This document shows, one piece after another, positions 1-8,397 of a DNA stretch of 31,612 nucleotides; within the stretch, counting starts at the first letter, position 1, and each line of letters opens with the position of its first letter. The DNA lies in the IMG/VR virus record IMGVR_UViG_3300032233_000652, positions 1 to 31,612 of that record; one strand, written 5' to 3'. The position numbers were made by a program, and so were the translations under genes. The notes beneath the pieces were generated by a model. The model saw nothing but the letters and a program-made list of their open reading frames with translations. It made no database searches and was not told the origin of the DNA. This stretch comes from a virus (lineage: Duplodnaviria > Caudoviricetes).

Positions 1-2
1 GG

Positions 3-149
3 CTGTCCATGGAAGATGGGCGGTCGCTTTCCAATTTGGTAGCGTTTGGTATCGAATGGTATGTGGTACAGCGCAACGAAGCTGAGCAGGTAAAGACGCA
101 AACCAGTTTACGTACTGGCACAAGTCAAATGGCAAAGTGGGCTGGATAA
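3..149 (+). CDS. 3' part of a CopG/Arc-like ribbon-helix-helix DNA-binding protein (5' end outside window)
   Basis: Own translation: ...LSMEDGRSLSNLVAFGIEWYVVQRNEAEQ...KWAG*. The GRSLSNLxA..IE pattern matches helix B of cyanobacterial RHH proteins. TAA at 147-149. Confidence 0.6.
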   Translation: MSMEDGRSLSNLVAFGIEWYVVQRNEAEQVKTQTSLRTGTSQMAKWAG

Positions 150-156
150 GCGCATC

Positions 157-300
157 ATGGTTCTGTGGTCGGAACCCACGAAACAATGACGCCTGTAGAG
201 GGTCTACATAACTGAGGTGATGAGCCTTCGTGATCCGGCAGCGTTAAAAGCCTTATCGCCGTGGTGTGTGGCGCTTGAAATAACACACCAAACCAATTCC
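157..300 (+). ncRNA. Candidate structured non-coding/cis-regulatory RNA (possibly related to cyanophage manA/wcaG-type motifs)
   Basis: Intergenic. Hairpins at 159-165/170-176, 194-199/203-208, 214-218/224-228, 237-239/250-252 and 262-269/283-290, with a possible long-range pairing 187-192/241-246. Confidence 0.55.
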
Positions 301-309
301 CACGACTAA

Positions 310-507
310 GTGTCGTACAACGGCTGTAAGTACGTGCCCGAAGCTTTACAAGAACGTCTTTCTCGTCAATTCTGCGTGCTCATGGCCACACTAGTGGACT
401 GTGAGTGCGACTTAGAATGCATCCAAGAGCTAGAGCGCTCTTACAAACTTACTTCTTACAGTGGCGAGAAAGGATCCTTTTCCCAACGAATGGGACGATG
501 TGAGTAA
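310..507 (+). CDS. Hypothetical early protein
   Basis: 65-aa GTG ORF filling the gap after the structured segment and overlapping the next ORF. No recognisable motif. Confidence 0.35.
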   Translation: MSYNGCKYVPEALQERLSRQFCVLMATLVDCECDLECIQELERSYKLTSYSGEKGSFSQRMGRCE

Positions 508-757
508 CACAGAACCAGAAGATTTTGAGACAGCTACTTTTGAGGAAGTCATGCAAGATCTTGCTCGATGGTACTTACCAGATCCCTATTTCTGTGTTAT
601 ACGTTCATTCAACCGTAAACAAAATAAGCTGAGAGAGTTTGCTTACAAACAAGAAGGCAAAGCTACTCAACGCTTATTACAACTCTCTGCTGATGGAGAG
701 GAGGTGACCATCTACACCCAAGGAGTCCTTGGAGTTGTTAACTACGAACCAGACTAA
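461..757 (+). CDS. Hypothetical early protein (cyanopodovirus type)
   Basis: 98-aa ORF with protein-like composition, tightly packed with the next ORF (3-nt offset). Confidence 0.7.
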   Translation: MARKDPFPNEWDDVSNTEPEDFETATFEEVMQDLARWYLPDPYFCVIRSFNRKQNKLREFAYKQEGKATQRLLQLSADGEEVTIYTQGVLGVVNYEPD

Positions 758-759
758 CC

Positions 760-951
760 ATGCACATGATTACCGATGCAGAGATGCAGCAACTTGCAGT
801 GGATTACCCCTTTTCACTGCATGAATCCCTTCTTGCGTATATCGCATATGAGGAGAGGGTTCTAAATGAATGCTCCGAAATGCATCAGTGTGCTGATAGC
901 ATTGTTCCATTAACGCAATGCACAGGTGCTAAGGTACAAGCGTACTACTGA
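760..951 (+). CDS. Hypothetical early protein
   Basis: 63-aa ATG ORF starting immediately after the previous stop. Confidence 0.55.
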   Translation: MHMITDAEMQQLAVDYPFSLHESLLAYIAYEERVLNECSEMHQCADSIVPLTQCTGAKVQAYY

Positions 952-972
952 GGGGTGGGAGGAGGGCTCTCG

Positions 973-1146
973 ATGAATCTTTTTTATATCAATGGACTTT
1001 ATGTCCGCTGGGAGTGCAGCGCTTTAACTGCACCGTTGCTACGTTATGACGCCTCTGGTGGCATCCATTTGGGCATAGGTCGGTTAGAGTTGTTCTGTGA
1101 CTGGTTTTGCCGATCCAATGAGTTCCACTCAGGTATTGACCGTTGA
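973..1146 (+). CDS. Hypothetical early protein
   Basis: ATG at 973 preceded by GGAGGG (961-966). 57 aa. Confidence 0.55.
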   Translation: MNLFYINGLYVRWECSALTAPLLRYDASGGIHLGIGRLELFCDWFCRSNEFHSGIDR

Positions 1147-1501
1147 TCCTGAGGCACGTGTGCTTTATGAATCCTTTGAGCTGTTAAGGCTCTTGGATAC
1201 AGAAATGCCAGCCCAGCTGATTGCCACGTACTTCTTCATCGCGGCCCACGGACCGGTGGATACGGTGACAATTGCCAAGCGTCTCAATATGAAAGCTAGC
1301 AGTGTCAGCCGTAATACTGATTGGTTATCTGCAAACCATCGCTTACCAAACAAGTCCGGACTCGGACTCATCATCAAGGAGGAACACCCAACGAATTGGC
1401 GAACCAGGCTATGTCGATTATCACCAAAAGGTGAATCCTTAATCAGACAAATCAAGGAGAAACTCTATGGAGACCTTCACGAAATTAGGCCAGTGTATTG
1501 A
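1118..1501 (+). CDS. MarR-like winged-helix transcriptional regulator
   Basis: HTH TIAKRLNMKASSVSRNTDWL and wing GLIIKEEHPTNWRTRLCRLSPKGE. Position before the integrase matches P-SSP7-like phages. ATG at 1118 chosen as start. Confidence 0.85.
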   Translation: MSSTQVLTVDPEARVLYESFELLRLLDTEMPAQLIATYFFIAAHGPVDTVTIAKRLNMKASSVSRNTDWLSANHRLPNKSGLGLIIKEEHPTNWRTRLCRLSPKGESLIRQIKEKLYGDLHEIRPVY

Positions 1502-2501
1502 CTTTACGTACAAGACCAGGGATGCCTGGATCCGTGAACGTCAGCGCATGGCTAAAGGTGACACCAGCAACTGTTGTGCAAGCGTCGTGGTTGGGCATTT
1601 GCTCAATGCAAGAGGCGCAGCTTTCCCGATCAAGAATCTTGATGAGGAGCATGTCTCAGAGTTGATGTATGAGTTGGAAGATGAGCGTGACTGGTCACCT
1701 CGAACAACCAACATGATACCCAAGTATCTAAATACAATCCTCACCCATTGCTGGAAGAAGCGTAAGATCAATTCTCTTCCTTACAGGCACTATGACAAGC
1801 GCAAGGTATCTGAACGCCGTATTCATTGGTTCACAACTGATGATGTGGAGAACTTATACTTTACGTGCTTAGATGTCTTTAAACGCAAGGACGTAGCCGA
1901 GAACATCTTGGTTGCTGCCTATTGTGGTGCTCGGCAAACTGAGATCCTCAAGCTCACCACTCGGGACATTGATTTAGGGAGGCGTCAGTTTCACTTTGGT
2001 GGCAGGCCAGATGGTCACGTCACGAAAGCAGGTAATTGGCGTGAGGTACCTATTCACGAGCGGATCTTTGACATTGTTGCAAGACGTTGTCAAGAGAATC
2101 CCAGTGGACGCTTGTTCTCTGACTTTAAGTCAGCTAAACAATTGCGGGATCAATACAACCGGGTTCGTGACTATCTTAAGTTTGAATCCTGTTATGTTTA
2201 CCACTGTTTGCGTCACTCATTTGCTACTTGGCAGAATGATGCCGGGACACCTGTTGTAACTATTCAAGGGTTACTTGGCCACAAACATATTGAATCTACC
2301 ATGGTGTATACCAAGGTAAGTTCTAAGGCCAAACAGGATGCAATGGATCGGATGGTACCCCAACTTGTGGTACCTGAGCGAGTCATTCAACCGGTAGCTA
2401 TACCTCCTGTTGATGCTCAATTGTGGGAGCAATTCCTCCAATTCCAAGCGTTTCAACAGTCCCAACAGCTGGCTCGTTTGGAGGCTTTGCAGGCTGTCTA
2501 A
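1467..2501 (+). CDS. int: Tyrosine recombinase/integrase
   Basis: All catalytic residues visible: R (CGARQTEI), K (VTKAG), HxxR (YHCLRHS), H (LLGHK), Y (TMVYTK). Confidence 0.95.
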   Translation: METFTKLGQCIDFTYKTRDAWIRERQRMAKGDTSNCCASVVVGHLLNARGAAFPIKNLDEEHVSELMYELEDERDWSPRTTNMIPKYLNTILTHCWKKRKINSLPYRHYDKRKVSERRIHWFTTDDVENLYFTCLDVFKRKDVAENILVAAYCGARQTEILKLTTRDIDLGRRQFHFGGRPDGHVTKAGNWREVPIHERIFDIVARRCQENPSGRLFSDFKSAKQLRDQYNRVRDYLKFESCYVYHCLRHSFATWQNDAGTPVVTIQGLLGHKHIESTMVYTKVSSKAKQDAMDRMVPQLVVPERVIQPVAIPPVDAQLWEQFLQFQAFQQSQQLARLEALQAV

Positions 2502-2604
2502 GAGAGTCGAGTGACCTTGCTAGATTACGGTAGTTCTTGGATTTGGAGGACAAAAGCCGAATCGTCGCTAGACAAAATGGGCTGAGATCGCAGTCCACAA
2601 CAGG

Positions 2605-2646
2605 GGGAGCGTGGCGGAATTGGTAGACGCATTCGACTCAAAATCG
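2605..2646 (+). other. tRNA-Leu(CAA) 5'-half, probable attP core (not a complete tRNA)
   Basis: GGGAGCG-TG-GCGGAATTGGTAGACGC-A-TTCGA-CTCAAAA-TCG gives the acceptor 5' strand, D arm and anticodon loop with CAA. No T arm or 3' acceptor strand follows. Lies ~100 nt downstream of the integrase. Confidence 0.85.
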
Positions 2647-2676
2647 GTGGGAATCTACGTTCCACTAAAAGATTCG

Positions 2677-2704
2677 AGCCGGGGGAAACCTCGGCTTTTC
2701 TTTT
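2677..2704 (+). terminator. Rho-independent terminator
   Basis: AGCCGGGG-GAAA-CCTCGGCT stem with a GNRA loop, followed by TTTCTTTT. Confidence 0.85.
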
Positions 2705-2806
2705 GGCAGTACTGCGTTTGGGTGGATTCCACTAGAGCATCATCTAATGGCGAAGTCTAGTTCGCAATTGGTAACAACGTTCAACTACACACATTGAAAC
2801 AACCCT

Positions 2807-5140
2807 ATGCCCACACCCGCTCAGATCGATGAGCAAATCGAATTTGAATTAAAAGCTCAAAGCTCAGGCATTCAGCAGCTCCACAGCAACACCCAGAAGC
2901 TCCTAGAGCGCAGCTACGGCAGCGCCACGGTATATGGGTGCGCTTCGATCAAAGCCGCCTTGCCAGCCGTTACGAGAATCATTGAGGCGACGCTCAACCG
3001 CATCCATGAACGCCACAACGGCAAATGCTTTGCGGAAATTCACCGTTACCTGCATCCCATCGAACCGGTAGCCGCCGCGTCGATTGCCCTAAAGATGGTG
3101 TTTGACAAAGTGACCAGTTCCCGGGAGCGCTCCAACGAGCTGGTTGAGGTGGTGGAGGCGATAGGGGCCGCTTTGGAGCAGGAAGCCCAGCTGCGTTGGT
3201 ACAAAGCCCAAGATCCCGACCTATTGGAACGGATCAAGAAGCGGTACTGGCACAGCAGCTGTGGAGCCCAGCAGAAGGTCACTGTGGCCCGCACGATGAT
3301 GAATCGCGCTGACTACCAGTGGGACCGTTGGAGCCGACCAGTCAGGGCCAAGTTGGGGGGTTGGTTGCTGGATTGCATTATTCAAGCCACCGACTGGTTT
3401 ACCCGAGACATCCGCCAACGGGGCAACAAGAAAGTGTCGGTTGTTATTCCAACACCAACATTCATCGCTGTCCGCGACAAGCTGATGACCGATGCGGAGT
3501 TATTTAGCCCGCTGGCGTGGCCAATGTTGATTGAACCCAATGATTGGACCAATGAACGTCAAGGGGGATACCTCCTTAATGAGGTAATGCGGGGGCACGA
3601 TTTGGTTCGTAGGGGCAAGGACGGATGTGTACAGGGAGAGGTGCCCTTGGCCTTTCTCAACCGGTTACAACGCACGGCCTACACATTAAACAACTTTGTT
3701 GTGGAAGTGGCAGAAGTGTTGTTGGAGCGGGGCTACAGCGTGGGGAAATTCTTACCCATCGTGGAAATCCCGATGCCGGTCAAACCCGTTGACATTGCGG
3801 AGAATGAAGAAGCGCGGCATGCCTACCGGCGAGCTGCTGCAGAAACCATGAACCGGAATGCTGCAGCCTTTCGGCGCAGCTGTCGTACCCGGCTGACGAT
3901 GAACACCGTAAAACTGTTTAAAGGTCGCGAGCGTTGGTATCTACCAGCGTCGTTTGACACACGAGGACGGTGTTATTTCATCCCAGCCACATTGACACCG
4001 CATGACACGGATTTTGGAAAGTCGTTAATCAAGTTTGCTGACCCATCGTTTATGACGGATGAAGCAGAAGGTTGGTTAGCTTTCCATGTAGCAACTTCTT
4101 ATGGTCTTTCGAAAGCCACCATGGCTGAACGCCAAGAGTGGACCAAAAGCAACCATGAATTGATTGCGCGTGTGGCATCAAATCCACTTGAGCAATTGAG
4201 CGAATGGGAAGCTGCTGATGATCCCTGGCAATTTCTCGCTGCTTGTGAGGAGTACAACGCCTGTGTCATTGAATGTTTAAGGCACTGGACCAACTTACCA
4301 GTTGGTGTTGATGCAACCTGCTCAGGATTACAGATCTTGGCAGCCATCAGTAGGGATGCCAACACGGCACGATTAGTCAACGTTATTCCATCAAGTCGCC
4401 CGCAGGATGCGTACAAAGTGGTGGCGGAGGCAGCCAAGCCAAAGCTACCCGCCCATCTAGCTGCTTTGTTAGATCGGAAGGTGACCAAAAAAGCCACAAT
4501 GGTTATCCCTTACAACGGGAGCCGTCACGCCATCAGATCGTACATCCGAGAAGCGTTACGAGAAAAAGGTGCTGAATTTACTCCCGATGAACTGACGTTA
4601 ATTACTAACGCAGTGTGGGGCAGCATGGAGGAAGTTATTCCTGGCGCCATGCGTGTCATGGAATGGATGAAGACAGAGGTTGGTAACGCATTTAAGCGCG
4701 GAGCTGATCATCTGGAGTGGGTCACTCCCACGGGCTTCCGTGTCTATCAAGATAGGCGCGTGATTAACTTAAAAACGATCAGGTTACAAATTCTTGGTCG
4801 TTGTGAAATAGAAGTGGGTGACGGTTTTAAGGGACCGGACATTGCACGGCACAAGTCATCGACAATGCCAAATGCAATTCATTCACTGGATGCAAGTCTT
4901 CTCCAACTTGCATTTCTCAGATTCAATGCACCATTTACTGTGATACATGACTGCGTGTTATGTAGAGCAACTGAGATGGGTGAATTGAACAGAGTTATTA
5001 GAGAAACCTTTTACGAGTTATTTGCACACAACAATTTCTTGCAAGATTTTGCGGAAATGCTTGGCGCAGAGACAGAGCCACCAATTATTGGTGACTTAGA
5101 TCTAAACTCGATCCACGAATCAACCTACTTTTTTTGCTAA
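2807..5140 (+). CDS. T7-like single-subunit DNA-dependent RNA polymerase (gp1)
   Basis: 777 aa. Motifs PMLIEP, FDTRGRCY, DATCSGLQ (A), RKVTKKATMVIPYNG (B), PNAIHSLDAS, IHDC (C) and C-terminal YFFC. Confidence 0.98.
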   Translation: MPTPAQIDEQIEFELKAQSSGIQQLHSNTQKLLERSYGSATVYGCASIKAALPAVTRIIEATLNRIHERHNGKCFAEIHRYLHPIEPVAAASIALKMVFDKVTSSRERSNELVEVVEAIGAALEQEAQLRWYKAQDPDLLERIKKRYWHSSCGAQQKVTVARTMMNRADYQWDRWSRPVRAKLGGWLLDCIIQATDWFTRDIRQRGNKKVSVVIPTPTFIAVRDKLMTDAELFSPLAWPMLIEPNDWTNERQGGYLLNEVMRGHDLVRRGKDGCVQGEVPLAFLNRLQRTAYTLNNFVVEVAEVLLERGYSVGKFLPIVEIPMPVKPVDIAENEEARHAYRRAAAETMNRNAAAFRRSCRTRLTMNTVKLFKGRERWYLPASFDTRGRCYFIPATLTPHDTDFGKSLIKFADPSFMTDEAEGWLAFHVATSYGLSKATMAERQEWTKSNHELIARVASNPLEQLSEWEAADDPWQFLAACEEYNACVIECLRHWTNLPVGVDATCSGLQILAAISRDANTARLVNVIPSSRPQDAYKVVAEAAKPKLPAHLAALLDRKVTKKATMVIPYNGSRHAIRSYIREALREKGAEFTPDELTLITNAVWGSMEEVIPGAMRVMEWMKTEVGNAFKRGADHLEWVTPTGFRVYQDRRVINLKTIRLQILGRCEIEVGDGFKGPDIARHKSSTMPNAIHSLDASLLQLAFLRFNAPFTVIHDCVLCRATEMGELNRVIRETFYELFAHNNFLQDFAEMLGAETEPPIIGDLDLNSIHESTYFFC

Positions 5141-5142
5141 AC

Positions 5143-5694
5143 ATGGGTACCAAGTACTGCATTAAGGATAAAACCTTCCAACTTGAAGGGTTTCAATCAG
5201 CTTTCAAACCTGGTAAGTTTGGAACGTGCAAGATTGATGTCATTGTTGACCAGGCCACCGTGGAGGCTCTAGAAGCAGAGCGTGACGGTTTGATTGAGTG
5301 GAAGATTTCCAAGCAATCAGATCCCAGCAAATGGAGTGTTGCTCGCAATACAAAGTGGGTAGAAGTCTCCAAAAACAAATACAAGATCAGCTTCTCATGG
5401 AAGCCAGAAGATCGCCCTCCTTTTGTAGATACAGAAGGTACACTTATCACTGAAGAGATTCCTCTTTACAGTGGTAGCAAGGTCAAGATTGCGTTTGACC
5501 ATTATCCTTACCCAGACAATGTTAACAAGGCAATGAACACTACTTGCAAGCTCACCAAGCTACAAGTAATCAGCTGCAGCAGTGGTGCTGGTGTGGATAG
5601 CGGTAGCTCAGATTTTGGAACCACTGATGGTTTCAAGATTGCATCGCCCAATGTTACCCCTACTTCTGAAGTAGACGACAACGACGACTTCTAA
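5143..5694 (+). CDS. Single-stranded DNA-binding protein (gp2.5-like)
   Basis: Position after RNAP, LYSGSKVKI motif, and an acidic tail ending in Phe (EVDDNDDF). Confidence 0.9.
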   Translation: MGTKYCIKDKTFQLEGFQSAFKPGKFGTCKIDVIVDQATVEALEAERDGLIEWKISKQSDPSKWSVARNTKWVEVSKNKYKISFSWKPEDRPPFVDTEGTLITEEIPLYSGSKVKIAFDHYPYPDNVNKAMNTTCKLTKLQVISCSSGAGVDSGSSDFGTTDGFKIASPNVTPTSEVDDNDDF

Positions 5695-6047
5695 TGGCAT
5701 TCCGCTCTGGGTTGGAGGAGAGGGTCGCCGATCTTCTTACTAACCTGGGGGTCAAGTATGAATATGAATCCAAGCGTGTTCCATACACGTTGCGGTGTAA
5801 CTACACACCGGACTTTCTGCTACCCAATGGGATTTTCTTAGAAACAAAGGGTCAATTGACTACTGAGGATCGACGGAAGATGAAAGCAGTAAAGAAGGAT
5901 AACCCAGAGTTAGACATTCGATTTGTATTTCAGGCCCCATTTAACAAAATCTCCAAAGGTTCGTCAACAACCTACGCATCTTGGTGCGAAAAAAATGGCT
6001 TTCAATGGTGTTCCTACTCTTCCATCCCAATCGAATGGCTGACCTAA
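5694..6047 (+). CDS. Endonuclease I / Holliday junction resolvase (gp3-like)
   Basis: FRSGLEE, YTPDF, LETKG, DIRFVF and YASWCEKNGF motifs. Confidence 0.96.
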   Translation: MAFRSGLEERVADLLTNLGVKYEYESKRVPYTLRCNYTPDFLLPNGIFLETKGQLTTEDRRKMKAVKKDNPELDIRFVFQAPFNKISKGSSTTYASWCEKNGFQWCSYSSIPIEWLT

Positions 6048-6181
6048 AGCTCATTAAGGATCTAGCTACAAGCTTCATCATGGCTCTTGATAAACACTCT
6101 TCTTCGCAAGACATTATCGAGGCTATTGAGGAAGCATTGGATGACTACGAGTTCTTAATTAACCACTACAACCTGAAATGA
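6035..6181 (+). CDS. Small hypothetical protein
   Basis: 48-aa helical acidic ORF (MADLKLIKDLATSF...) overlapping both neighbours, with ATGA coupling to the primase. Confidence 0.6.
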   Translation: MADLKLIKDLATSFIMALDKHSSSQDIIEAIEEALDDYEFLINHYNLK

Positions 6182-7746
6182 GTTCTAGTGAATTCATAAG
6201 GCATGCGCCTTGTCCAAGTTGTGGTTCATCAGATGGCAATAGTTTGTACTCTGATGGCCACACTTTTTGTTTTGTTTGCAACACCCGTACATGGGGTGAT
6301 GGTGCAGTCCAATCACACAGCAACACAAGAAACACTGTGATCTTACAAGGTGCAGCTGAAAGGCTGAACAAACGTGGACTATCTGAAAAGGTATGCCAAC
6401 AATACAAAATCTTCCGTGATGGAGACCGCTTGCGTTTCTACTATCACGATGATGGTGGCGTATTGAAGGGATGCAAGATCAAATCAAAAGACAAAACATT
6501 CAGCTATGAAGGAGCGACAGCAGGGACCTTCTTTGGACAACATCTCTTTCCCGCAACAGGAAAGCGCGTGGTCATCACTGAAGGGGAACTCGATGCAGCT
6601 TCGTGTCAAGAGGCTATGCCGGGGTGGCCGATGGTATCTCTACCTAGCGGTGCCGCATCGGCAAGAAAAGCGGTCCAACGGAATCTCGAATGGTTACAGG
6701 GCTATGCAGAGATTGTCCTGTTTTTCGACGCAGACGATGTTGGCCGTGAGGCATCGGAGAAAGCGGCTGGGGTCCTACCACCTGGCAAAACAAAGATTGC
6801 TTCAATCTGCAGCCCATACAAGGATGCATCAGATGCCCTTCAAGCAAATGACGCTGAGGCGATTCGTCGCGCTATTTGGGACGCAAAACCCTTCCGTCCA
6901 GATGGAATCATTGACGGCAAATCGCTTCTTGAAGTAGTAACCACACCAAACCCACCGTGTGCTTATCACTATCCATACCAAGGTTTACAAAAGAAACTTC
7001 ATGGCATCAGATTCGGCGAACTCATTTGCCTCACCAGCGGATCCGGTTTGGGAAAATCGTCCTTCTGTAGAGAGCTTGCAACTCATCTACTTGAAAAAGG
7101 AGAACGAGTTGGATACTTGGCTTTGGAGGAATCCAACAGACGTACAGCTCTTGGACTGATGTCCTCTGCAGTCGGCAAGTCTCTTCACATTGGTGAGCAT
7201 GACCGGCAAACACTGACTGATGCGTATAACGCAACACTGGCAAACTGGAACTTGTTTTTGTTTGATGGGTTTGGCTCTTATGAACCAGACCTGATTTATA
7301 ACAGGATTGAGTATCTAGCTGCAGGGCTCGACACAAAGATCATCTTTTTGGATCACTTAAGCATTCTATTAAGTGGACTTGATGGAGATGAGCGTCGCAT
7401 GCTGGACGTTACGATGACAAAATTGAGATCACTTGTGGAACGACTTGGAATAACATTATTCCTTGTGTCTCACCTTAAACGTACCTCTAGTGATACTAAT
7501 CACGAAGAGGGGGCACGTGTAACATTGGGTCAACTTCGAGGTAGTGCGGCCATCGCACAATTGAGCGATTCTGTTATAGGTCTAGAACGCAATCAGCAGA
7601 CAAACAGTGCCACAACTGTCCGTGTCCTGAAGAACAGATTCTCTGGTGAAGTTGGTATTGCTTGTGAACTGACATATGACCTTGCATCTTGCAAATTCAC
7701 TGAACATGCACCTAAAGATGAACCAAAATCAAACCCGGACTTCTAA
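6178..7746 (+). CDS. DNA primase/helicase (gp4-like)
   Basis: Zn finger CPSC..CFVC, TOPRIM ITEGELDA and FDAD, Walker A SGSGLGKS, IFLDHLS, LRGSAAIAQLSD, KNRFSG. Confidence 0.98.
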   Translation: MSSSEFIRHAPCPSCGSSDGNSLYSDGHTFCFVCNTRTWGDGAVQSHSNTRNTVILQGAAERLNKRGLSEKVCQQYKIFRDGDRLRFYYHDDGGVLKGCKIKSKDKTFSYEGATAGTFFGQHLFPATGKRVVITEGELDAASCQEAMPGWPMVSLPSGAASARKAVQRNLEWLQGYAEIVLFFDADDVGREASEKAAGVLPPGKTKIASICSPYKDASDALQANDAEAIRRAIWDAKPFRPDGIIDGKSLLEVVTTPNPPCAYHYPYQGLQKKLHGIRFGELICLTSGSGLGKSSFCRELATHLLEKGERVGYLALEESNRRTALGLMSSAVGKSLHIGEHDRQTLTDAYNATLANWNLFLFDGFGSYEPDLIYNRIEYLAAGLDTKIIFLDHLSILLSGLDGDERRMLDVTMTKLRSLVERLGITLFLVSHLKRTSSDTNHEEGARVTLGQLRGSAAIAQLSDSVIGLERNQQTNSATTVRVLKNRFSGEVGIACELTYDLASCKFTEHAPKDEPKSNPDF

Positions 7747-7879
7747 TTATGAAGACCGTCTTAACCGTCCGAATCCAGCTTCACAAGCTGCTGTGCTCCG
7801 AGCACAACCATTTAGGGCTGACACTGTGAAAAAGATGGAAGCCATCATCAAAGATCCTTCGTATCAGATTACAGAATGA
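7718..7879 (+). CDS. Small hypothetical protein
   Basis: Fills the primase-polymerase gap with an ATGA overlap onto the next gene. Start uncertain. Confidence 0.5.
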   Translation: MNQNQTRTSNYEDRLNRPNPASQAAVLRAQPFRADTVKKMEAIIKDPSYQITE

Positions 7880-8397
7880 ACCTGCTGTTTGACATTGAGA
7901 CAGACGGCCTTTACAAAACAGTTACCCAAATTCATTGTGTTGCTATCAAAGACCTTGGTACCTCTGAGATTCATGTCTTTAATGATGTGGGCTCTCAACC
8001 GCCAATATCTCGCGCTATTGCGATGCTGGAAGAGGCTACAACGATCATTGCCCACAACGGGATTAACTTTGATATCCCGGTGATCCAAAAGTTCTACCCG
8101 TGGTTTACACCACCGAGGTGTCTGGACACACTATTGTTGTCTCGGCTTTACCACCCAGACCGCATGATACTAGATAAAAAGTTAAATCTAGCTGGCTACA
8201 TAAAGGATATGCCACAAATCCTGTATGGACGGCACTCACTTGAAGCTTACGGTTGGCGGTTAGGCGAACACAAAGGTACGTTTTCTAAACAAACCGACTG
8301 GAAAGATTGGTCCCAAGAAATGGAGGACTACATGGTTCAAGACGTTCAAGTCACTCACAAACTATGGAAACATTTCCACAAATACCTGAATGGGTAG
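7876..8397 (+). CDS. DNA polymerase A, N-terminal 3'-5' exonuclease part
   Basis: ExoI FDIETD, ExoII HNGINFD, HSLEAYG and ExoIII YMVQDV. Ends at TAG 8395-8397. Confidence 0.93.
   Translation: MNLLFDIETDGLYKTVTQIHCVAIKDLGTSEIHVFNDVGSQPPISRAIAMLEEATTIIAHNGINFDIPVIQKFYPWFTPPRCLDTLLLSRLYHPDRMILDKKLNLAGYIKDMPQILYGRHSLEAYGWRLGEHKGTFSKQTDWKDWSQEMEDYMVQDVQVTHKLWKHFHKYLNG

Noticed and set aside
177-250. Hammerhead or twister ribozyme
   Set aside because: TGATGAG and CGAAAC are present but the CTGANGA core and stem order do not fit a hammerhead. There is a partial twister-like order (AA-TGAC-GC...GTGATGAGCC), but I could not find the T1 pseudoknot partner.
2605-2690. Complete tRNA-Leu gene
   Set aside because: Similarity stops at ~2646. 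No GTTCRA T-loop in the right context and no 3' acceptor strand, so it is treated as attP.
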